A stretch of DNA of 64,000 bases from Actinomycetes bacterium (GTDB lineage: Bacteria; Actinomycetota; Actinomycetes; JAHEKZ01). The translations under genes were made by a program, and so were the position numbers. Of the stretch, positions 57,318 to 64,000 are shown one piece after another; position 1 is the first letter of the stretch; each line of letters opens with the position of its first letter. The notes below the pieces were generated by a model that saw only the letters and a program-made list of their open reading frames with translations, searched no databases and was not told where the DNA came from. The stretch covers positions 2,605 to 66,604 of the forward strand of contig JAHEKZ010000004.1 in NCBI GenBank assembly GCA_024644435.1, read 5' to 3'.

Positions 57318-57733
57318 CGTGCGGCGCCGAGGCGGGTCGTCACCCAGTTGACGATGTCGTGGGTCGGTGTGCCGGGCGTGAACACCTTGGCGACGCCGGC
57401 CGCCTCGAGCACGGCGATGTCGCCCTCGGGGATGATCCCGCCACCGAAGACCACGATGTCGGACGCATCACGCTCGGCCAGCAGCTCAACCACCCTCGGG
57501 AAAAGGGTCAGGTGCGCCCCGGAGAGCACAGAAAGACCCACGGCATCGGCGTCCTCCTGAATGGCGGCGTCGACGATCTGTTCGGGTGTCTGGTGCAGCC
57601 CGGTGTACACGACTTCGACGCCAGCATCGCGCAGAGCACGCGCGACCACCTTGGCGCCACGATCGTGGCCGTCGAGGCCGGGCTTGGCCACCACGACCCG
57701 GATCGGGCCCGATCGTGCGGATGACTCACTCAA
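57314..57733 (-). CDS. Cobalamin (B12)-binding domain protein (methylmalonyl-CoA-mutase C-terminal-domain-like small subunit).
   Basis: 139 aa, [22 protein letters not shown]…, the DxHxxG B12-binding motif. Confidence 0.85.
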   Translation of the reverse strand: MSESSARSGPIRVVVAKPGLDGHDRGAKVVARALRDAGVEVVYTGLHQTPEQIVDAAIQEDADAVGLSVLSGAHLTLFPRVVELLAERDASDIVVFGGGIIPEGDIAVLEAAGVAKVFTPGTPTHDIVNWVTTRLGAAR

Positions 57734-58077
57734 CTCCGACTCCTCGCGCGAGGTCCAGGTTCGGTTGGCACGCAGGGTAACCGACGCCGCTGGCAGGCAG
57801 CACCGCGGTGACTTCGCTCACACACGATCGGTCGCGCGGGTCACGCAGCGTAGCCAGCGCACGGAGTTCGGTGTCGACGTACGAGGAGCCGCGGCATCAC
57901 GTGGTGTCGGTCGCCACATGATGCCCCCTGCGCTTTCCACAGGCGTTCAGCGCAGTCTCAGGAACCGCTGTTAGCGTCGGCGAGCCAGCACTTGCCCCCA
58001 CTCCCCTCCCACCCTGGAGTCTCCTCATCCCTGCCCACGCACGCCGCCGCGTCGCCCTTGCAAGCCGACCGGGAACG

Positions 58078-58770
58078 GTGCTCACCCTCGGCCTGCTCGT
58101 GGCATCTCTGACCGCGACGACGCTCCTGCAGTCGCAGGTCCCGGCCGAGGCCGCGCAGGTAGCACCGTCCACGAGTCTCCCGACCACGCCGACGAACGCG
58201 AGCATCGTGGCGATGTCGATCGCTGATCTCAACGTCGCGCGCAGCGCCCGGACCGTTGACGACCGAGCCGCACAGCAGGTCGCACAAGATCGTCGACATC
58301 AGCGTCGGGTGAAGAAGCAGCGGCAGGAACGACGCGCAGATGCCAAGGCCGAGGCACGCGCGGCGCGACGACTCGAGATCTGGGGTCTTCCGGTCGCGGG
58401 CGCCGGCTGGTCAGCCTGGTTCGGCGAGTCCGGCTCGGCATGGAGCAGCGGGTACCACACCGGACAAGACTTCACCGCTCCGAGCGGTACTCCCGTGCGG
58501 GCTGTGGGACCGGGCACCATCACCTCGGCACGATGGAGCGACGCCTACGGCAACATCATCACCATCACCCACCCTGGCGGCGACGAGTCGTGGTACGCGC
58601 ACATGTCGGCGTTCGAGCGCACGTCGGGCTCGGTGAGGGCTGGCGACATCATCGGGTACGTGGGATGCACCGGAAACTGCTACGGCAATCACGTACATCT
58701 CGAATACCACCCCGGCGGCGGCGATGCCGCTGACCCGCTGCCCTGGCTCCGGGGCCACGGCGCTTACTAG
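58078..58770 (+). CDS. Secreted M23-family metallopeptidase.
   Basis: Signal peptide plus HTGQDF…D and HVHLEYH motifs. Positioned between sucC and pcrA/uvrD, as for Rv0950c. Confidence 0.85.
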   Translation: MLTLGLLVASLTATTLLQSQVPAEAAQVAPSTSLPTTPTNASIVAMSIADLNVARSARTVDDRAAQQVAQDRRHQRRVKKQRQERRADAKAEARAARRLEIWGLPVAGAGWSAWFGESGSAWSSGYHTGQDFTAPSGTPVRAVGPGTITSARWSDAYGNIITITHPGGDESWYAHMSAFERTSGSVRAGDIIGYVGCTGNCYGNHVHLEYHPGGGDAADPLPWLRGHGAY

Positions 58771-58774
58771 CCCG

Positions 58775-61054
58775 CTAGAGCTTCTCGACAGGTGCGTAGC
58801 GCAGCAGCAGCCGCTTGATACCGAGGTCACCGAAGTCGATGGTCGCCTCGGCCTTGTCGGCGGCGCCGGCCGTTGACACCACTGTGCCGAGCCCGAAGGT
58901 GTCATGGGTGACGCGGTCGCCAGCGGCGAGCACCACCACCTCACGGGTGCCGGGAGAGCGCCCGGGTGCAGGGGTGGCACGGGCGATCGAGGGTGGTGGA
59001 GCCGATGCGCCGGAATCTTCGCGCTGCCAGTCGATCAGCTCGGCGGGGATCTCTTCGAGGAAGCGTGACGGCGGATTCCACTGCGGCGATCCCCACGCCG
59101 ACCTCATCACCGCGCGGCTGAGGTGCAGCCGCTCGCGCGCGCGTGTGATGCCGACATAGGCGAGGCGGCGTTCCTCCTCGAGCTCTTGGCTGTTGCCGAG
59201 TGACCGCATGTGGGGAAAGACACCGTCCTCCAGACCAGTCAGGAAGATGACAGGGAACTCCAGGCCCTTGGCGGTATGCAGCGTCATGAGGGTGACGACC
59301 CCACCGTCTTCGCCGGCATCAGGGATCTGGTCACTGTCGGCCACCAGCGCCACCTGCTCGAGGAAGTCGGCGAGGGTGCCGTCGGGCGCCGCATCCTCGA
59401 ACTCGCGCGCCACCGCCTCGAGCTCGCGAAGGTTCTCGACTCGCGACTCGTCCTGCGGGTCGTGTGACGCCTGCAGCTCGGCCAGGTACCCCGTCTGCTC
59501 GAGGACTGCTTCCAGGACTGTCGCCGGACCGGTTCCCGCCTCGACCAGCGTTCGCAGCATGTCCATGGTGCGCACGAACGCGTTGATGGCGTTGACTGAC
59601 CGCGGCTGCAGCCCAGGAGCCGTGCCAGCCTGCGCCAAACCCTGGGCGAACCCGACACCCTGGCGCTGGGCGAAGACCTCGATCACGGCGACAGCGCGGT
59701 CGCCGATGCCGCGTTTGGGTGTGTTGACGATGCGGCGCATGGACACGACGTCGTCCGGGTTGGCGAGGACTCGCAAGTAGGCCAGTGCGTCGCGCACTTC
59801 CTTGCGCTCGTAGAAGCGGACACCACCCACCACTTTGTACGGCAGGCCGACGCGGATGAAGACCTCTTCGAAGACACGTGACTGCGCGTTCGTGCGGTAG
59901 AAGACCGCGACGTCCCGTGGCTTTGCATGCCCGGCGTCACCGAGCTCGTCGACCGTCTGTGCAACGAACGAAGCCTCGTCGTGCTCGTTGTCTGCCACAT
60001 ACCCCACGATCGGCCAGCCCGACCCTGAGTCACTCCAGAGATTCTTCGGCTTCCGGTTCAGGTTGCGCGAGATCACGGCATTGGCGGCCGACAGGATCGT
60101 CTGCGTCGACCGGTAGTTCTGCTCGAGCAGAATGGTGTGGGCGTTCGGGAAGTCCTCCTCGAACTGCAGGATGTTCCGAATCGTCGCGCCTCGGAAGGCA
60201 TAGATGCTCTGGTCGGCATCGCCCACGACGGCCAGCTCGGCCGGCGGCACCTCGGCGCCGGCGCGCCCCACAATCTCTTTCACCAGCATGTACTGGGCGT
60301 GGTTGGTGTCCTGGTACTCGTCGACCAGAACGTGCCGGAACCGCCGACGGTAGTGCTCGGCCGCCTCGGGGAAGGCCTGCAGCAGGTTGACGGTGGTCAT
60401 GATCAGGTCGTCGAAGTCGACAGCGTTGGCGTCGAGCAGGCGCCGCTGGTAGGTGCGGTACACCTCCGCGAGCACCTCTTCGGTGGGGGTCGACGTGCCG
60501 CTGGCGAACGTCTCCCAGTCGATCAGCTCGTTCTTCAGGTTGCTGACCTGGGCGCTGAACGACCGCGGTGGGTAGCGCTTCGGGTCGAGGTCGAGGTCGC
60601 GGCACACCATGGTCATGAGTCGCTGCGAGTCGGCGGCGTCGTAGATCGAGAAGGATGTGGACATGCCCAGCCGCTTGGCCTCGCGACGCAGGATGCGCAC
60701 GCAGGCGGAGTGGAAGGTGGAGACCCACATGGACTTGGCTCGAGGTCCTACGAGCGCGGCCACGCGCTCCTTCATCTCGCCCGCGGCCTTGTTGGTGAAC
60801 GTGATGGCCAGGATCTGCCCCGGCTGGGCGCCCCTGGCGGCCAGGAGGTAGGCGATCCGGTGGGTCAGCACGCGGGTCTTGCCCGATCCGGCACCCGCGA
60901 CGATCAGCAGCGGACTGCCTTCATGTCGTACTGCCGCACGCTGCTGGTCGTTCAGACCCTCGAGAAGGGCCCGGGTGTCGACCGCCGGCCGATCCGTCGA
61001 CGACGGTTGTGCCGAAGCGGCAAAACCGGGGAGATCGTCGAAGAGAGAGGTCAC
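58775..61054 (-). CDS. pcrA: ATP-dependent DNA helicase PcrA/UvrD.
   Basis: LNDQQRAAV…AGAGSGKTRVLTHRIAYL… helicase motifs I–VI. 759 aa. Confidence 0.95.
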   Translation of the reverse strand: MTSLFDDLPGFAASAQPSSTDRPAVDTRALLEGLNDQQRAAVRHEGSPLLIVAGAGSGKTRVLTHRIAYLLAARGAQPGQILAITFTNKAAGEMKERVAALVGPRAKSMWVSTFHSACVRILRREAKRLGMSTSFSIYDAADSQRLMTMVCRDLDLDPKRYPPRSFSAQVSNLKNELIDWETFASGTSTPTEEVLAEVYRTYQRRLLDANAVDFDDLIMTTVNLLQAFPEAAEHYRRRFRHVLVDEYQDTNHAQYMLVKEIVGRAGAEVPPAELAVVGDADQSIYAFRGATIRNILQFEEDFPNAHTILLEQNYRSTQTILSAANAVISRNLNRKPKNLWSDSGSGWPIVGYVADNEHDEASFVAQTVDELGDAGHAKPRDVAVFYRTNAQSRVFEEVFIRVGLPYKVVGGVRFYERKEVRDALAYLRVLANPDDVVSMRRIVNTPKRGIGDRAVAVIEVFAQRQGVGFAQGLAQAGTAPGLQPRSVNAINAFVRTMDMLRTLVEAGTGPATVLEAVLEQTGYLAELQASHDPQDESRVENLRELEAVAREFEDAAPDGTLADFLEQVALVADSDQIPDAGEDGGVVTLMTLHTAKGLEFPVIFLTGLEDGVFPHMRSLGNSQELEEERRLAYVGITRARERLHLSRAVMRSAWGSPQWNPPSRFLEEIPAELIDWQREDSGASAPPPSIARATPAPGRSPGTREVVVLAAGDRVTHDTFGLGTVVSTAGAADKAEATIDFGDLGIKRLLLRYAPVEKL

Positions 61055-61120
61055 CGACCGAAGTCTAGGTGGGTCCGGGGACAGTTCCCGGGCCGCCTGG
61101 ACGAGCCCGACCGGGTCAGG

Positions 61121-62905
61121 TCAGCGGAACGAACCGAGCACCGTGATCTGTACGTCGACGCTGCCCGCGCCGTTGTTGCGCATCCGGACCGTCCGCCCGT
61201 CACCAACTCCGGCCACCACGGTCCCCGTCACGGTTCGCCCGGGAGCGACCGAGAGGTCGACCGTGTCGGGCCGGGAAGACCCGGGACGCCAGAACGTCAG
61301 AGCTTCGACGTCCTTGGCCCGCTTGGCGGTCACCTGTAGCAGGACGGTGTCGGTGCCACGGGGCACCGCATCGGCGACCGAGAAGTCCTTGGTCGTGCCG
61401 CCGCCGAAGTTCGACAGCTGGAGATCGGACGCGGTGTCGACCACCTTCGCGGGGCGGGCTCTCAGCCCCAGGCTCCGTCCACCTGACAGTGCTGCCGGTT
61501 CGTACGCGCCGACGATGTCGACCGCCACCTCCCGACCCTTCGAGCCGTCGTTCTCGACAGTGATCGCTCCACCGCGACCGACCGGCACGGAGGTCTGGAC
61601 GGTCGTGGCGCCGCGCCCGTATGACAGCAGGGCCACCTTGGGGCGGTTACCTCCGGCCGGGTAGGCATACAGCGAACCGCGGCCCTCTCCGCCGGCAACC
61701 GTCACGCTGACCACGGCCGACGATGACGCGGGATCGGTTCCTGCTGCACCCGCCACCGTCACCTTCTGCCGGCCCGTAGCGCCCAGCGAAAGGGCGGCTA
61801 CCCGCCTCGGACGCACGGAGTCGAACTGGTCGCCGCCGTCGGAGGCGATCTTCCGTCGCAACGACAGAGGGGCGTTGGGGTCGACGTAGTACCCGACCAC
61901 ACTCACCGCAAGGTCGGTTGCGCCGAAACTCGTGAAGAAGCTGACCTTGCCGTCGGCCCCGACGGGCAACACCATCGAAGCCGAGCTGATCTTGTTCTGC
62001 GCCGCCGAGACCCGGGTGACCGACGGAATCTGTCCGCCGGCGGGCCCTGCGGTCAGGTTCGCCGACCAGTTGGGACGACGCATCGCGACGTTCAGCGCGA
62101 CTGCCGCCACACCGCGTCCTGGCACGGGCCCGGCGCCAGTGACCTGGACGTCGACGCGTCGGCCGGAGCCGTTGACCAGCCGACACGGGCCGCTCAACAT
62201 TCCGGTGCCCGCTTCAGTGGACGCCAAACGAGTGGGGGCAACGGGGACGTAGCGCATCGGGTCGGTCTCGACCGGCGGCGCGGCCATCGTCAGGGCGCCC
62301 GTCGTGCAGGCTGACCCGAGCGGCTTGCCCTTCCAGTAGGACGTGCGTCCCGTCGACCCGTCGTAGCTGAGACTGATGTGGATGTGGTCGGTATGGGGGT
62401 TGACCCCGCTGTACGTACCCCAGCCGGGGTCATAGGCGCGCCAGATCCTGCGGTTGAAGATGATGTACATGACACCGAGGCGGCGCGCCATCGCATGCTT
62501 GTTGCCGAACTCGTCCGGGGCCAGGAGCCAGTCCAAGAAGGCGTTCGCCTTGTTCATCCCGGCCTTGGTAGTCGAGTCCACCATCCAGTCGACAGCTCGG
62601 CCCTCGTTGTGCTCCGATGTCGAGCTGCACGAGTTGCGGGCGATTCCGATGGACTCGTCGCTGCCGTAGGTCGCTCGGATCAGCCCCGCGAGCTTTTCAG
62701 CCCCCGGGCGGTTCACCGGACTGCAGAACTGCTGCTCCTGGTAGGTGGAGTAGCCCTCGATGGCGCGGGAGAACGAGGGAGACACCGGCTGAGGCGGGGC
62801 GGCACTCGCCTGAGCGCCGATGACCAGCGGAATCAGGGTCGCCAGCACCGCCAGCAGCACGAGGTGCACGGGCAGTCTGAGGGCGCGGGTGGTCTTGGGC
62901 ATCAT
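61121..62905 (-). CDS. Secreted protein with an N-terminal VanY/M15-like (LAS-type) zinc-peptidase domain and three C-terminal ~110-aa repeats.
   Basis: Signal peptide. SEHNEGRAVD matches the SxHxxGxAxD motif, and HTDHIH the HxH motif. Three C-terminal repeats each end in a …VVGYYV / IVGAYE / ITVLGSF-like strand. Confidence 0.6.
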   Translation of the reverse strand: MMPKTTRALRLPVHLVLLAVLATLIPLVIGAQASAAPPQPVSPSFSRAIEGYSTYQEQQFCSPVNRPGAEKLAGLIRATYGSDESIGIARNSCSSTSEHNEGRAVDWMVDSTTKAGMNKANAFLDWLLAPDEFGNKHAMARRLGVMYIIFNRRIWRAYDPGWGTYSGVNPHTDHIHISLSYDGSTGRTSYWKGKPLGSACTTGALTMAAPPVETDPMRYVPVAPTRLASTEAGTGMLSGPCRLVNGSGRRVDVQVTGAGPVPGRGVAAVALNVAMRRPNWSANLTAGPAGGQIPSVTRVSAAQNKISSASMVLPVGADGKVSFFTSFGATDLAVSVVGYYVDPNAPLSLRRKIASDGGDQFDSVRPRRVAALSLGATGRQKVTVAGAAGTDPASSSAVVSVTVAGGEGRGSLYAYPAGGNRPKVALLSYGRGATTVQTSVPVGRGGAITVENDGSKGREVAVDIVGAYEPAALSGGRSLGLRARPAKVVDTASDLQLSNFGGGTTKDFSVADAVPRGTDTVLLQVTAKRAKDVEALTFWRPGSSRPDTVDLSVAPGRTVTGTVVAGVGDGRTVRMRNNGAGSVDVQITVLGSFR

Positions 62906-63026
62906 GGGTACGTTCGGCGGCCGAGGAGCCTTACTGAAGCCACCTGCCTACCATGACGCGGGGCCGATCACCCGATCGGAGCACCACGAACCGGCCAGTG
63001 GCCGTGATCCGACAGAAGGAGCCTCA

Positions 63027-63755
63027 GTGGCTGAACCGATCGCCGACCATGAGATCGACCGAGTCCTGGTGGTGACGGCGCACCCGGACGACGTCGACTT
63101 CGGGGCATCCGGGACGCTGGCCACCTGGACCGCTCAGGGCATCGCCGTCACACTGTGCGTCGTCACCGACGGCGATGCCGGCGGTTTCGACCCGACGGTC
63201 CCCAGATCAGACATTCCAGGCATTCGCCGAGCCGAGCAGCGGGCGGCGGCCGCCCTGTGGGGCGCCACCGACGTCATCTATCTCGGGTACCGCGACGGCG
63301 AGCTCACGGTGTCCCACGACCTGCGCCGCGACATCAGCCGGGTCATCCGACAGGTGCGGCCCCGTCGAATGGTGATCCAGTCGCCCGAGCGCAACTGGGA
63401 GCGGATCCAGGCATCCCACCCCGATCACCTCGCCGCCGGCGATGCCGCCATCCAAGCGGTGTACCCCGATGCCAGGAACCCCTTCGCCCACGCCTCACTG
63501 CTGGCCGACGAGGGGCTCGACGCCTGGACGGTCGATGAGGTCTGGGTGATGGCCGGGCCGGCACCCGACCAAGTGGTCGACATCACGGAAACGTTCGACA
63601 CCAAGATCGCTGCGCTCCGGGCCCACGAGTCGCAGACGGCGCACATGGACGAGCTCGAGTCGTTCATCCGAGGCTGGGGAGAGGCCGTCGCCCAGCGGTT
63701 CGACCTCCCCGAGGGGCGCGTCGCCGAGGCCTTCCAGGTGGTCAGGACCGCCTAG
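63027..63755 (+). CDS. PIG-L/LmbE-family deacetylase.
   Basis: VLVVTAHPDDVDFG signature. GTG at 63027 follows aaggag. Confidence 0.8.
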   Translation: MAEPIADHEIDRVLVVTAHPDDVDFGASGTLATWTAQGIAVTLCVVTDGDAGGFDPTVPRSDIPGIRRAEQRAAAALWGATDVIYLGYRDGELTVSHDLRRDISRVIRQVRPRRMVIQSPERNWERIQASHPDHLAAGDAAIQAVYPDARNPFAHASLLADEGLDAWTVDEVWVMAGPAPDQVVDITETFDTKIAALRAHESQTAHMDELESFIRGWGEAVAQRFDLPEGRVAEAFQVVRTA

Positions 63756-64000
63756 CGCCAGAAGACGGCCACGACGATGTTGGCGATCGTCAAACCACCG
63801 ATCAGCCCCCAAGCAGCCGTGGTCAGTGCGTCACGCCTGCGGTTGGCGAAGACCAAGACCGCGACCACGACGGCCACTGCGAGCTTCACGCCGATCTTGG
63901 CGTGGTCGACGGCTTCGTCGCTGGACTCGGCGATTCCGACCAGCAACACACCGGTCACCAGCTGCGTGATGATGCCGTGGACCATCGCGTTGTTTACCAC
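63752..64000 (-). CDS. Small membrane protein, partial; the start lies beyond the window end.
   Basis: Hydrophobic segments (LLVGIAESS…LAVAVVVAVLVFA…). The ORF is open to the edge. Confidence 0.35.
   Translation of the reverse strand: MVNNAMVHGIITQLVTGVLLVGIAESSDEAVDHAKIGVKLAVAVVVAVLVFANRRRDALTTAAWGLIGGLTIANIVVAVFWR

Noticed and set aside
57734-58077. A direct call of a ydaO/c-di-AMP or cobalamin riboswitch.
   Set aside because: The conserved core motifs of either class were not recognisable by eye on either strand. It is kept only as a candidate to test with covariance models.

Overview
This is a high-GC (~70%) actinobacterial chromosomal segment. It is densely coding on both strands and consists almost entirely of core-metabolism and housekeeping genes. 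Gene order recalls several conserved mycobacterial/actinobacterial loci: accD5–accE–maf–accA3, lpdA–amidohydrolase, sdhCDAB, trpS–yihY, purN–purH–perM, and sucCD–M23 peptidase–pcrA/uvrD.

I can support about 60 protein-coding genes. I found no rRNA, tRNA, CRISPR array, IS element or prophage.

The non-routine content:
- Two tandem paralogous GAF–GGDEF genes share an unusual conserved C-terminal extension.
- An ANT(3'')/(9)-like nucleotidyltransferase overlaps a VOC/bleomycin-resistance-like gene.
- A DUF222–HNH gene (REP13E12-like) sits in core context.
- A methylmalonyl-CoA-mutase-like system is split, with its B12-binding subunit encoded 40 kb away.
- A hairpin plus a 3x 14-nt tandem direct repeat lies upstream of a histidine-phosphatase gene.
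- A G8 homopolymer lies in the intergenic region after accA3.
- There are several plausible unannotated small ORFs.
- A secreted multi-repeat protein carries a VanY/M15-like zinc-peptidase motif.

Many long ORFs in the track are antisense or alternate-frame artefacts of the GC-rich sequence and were rejected.

I did not find a clear novel defence or mobile system. The most unusual loci are listed as findings with explicit tests.

Coordinates come from ORF-track arithmetic where possible. Hairpin and repeat coordinates were read directly and may be off by 1–2 nt.
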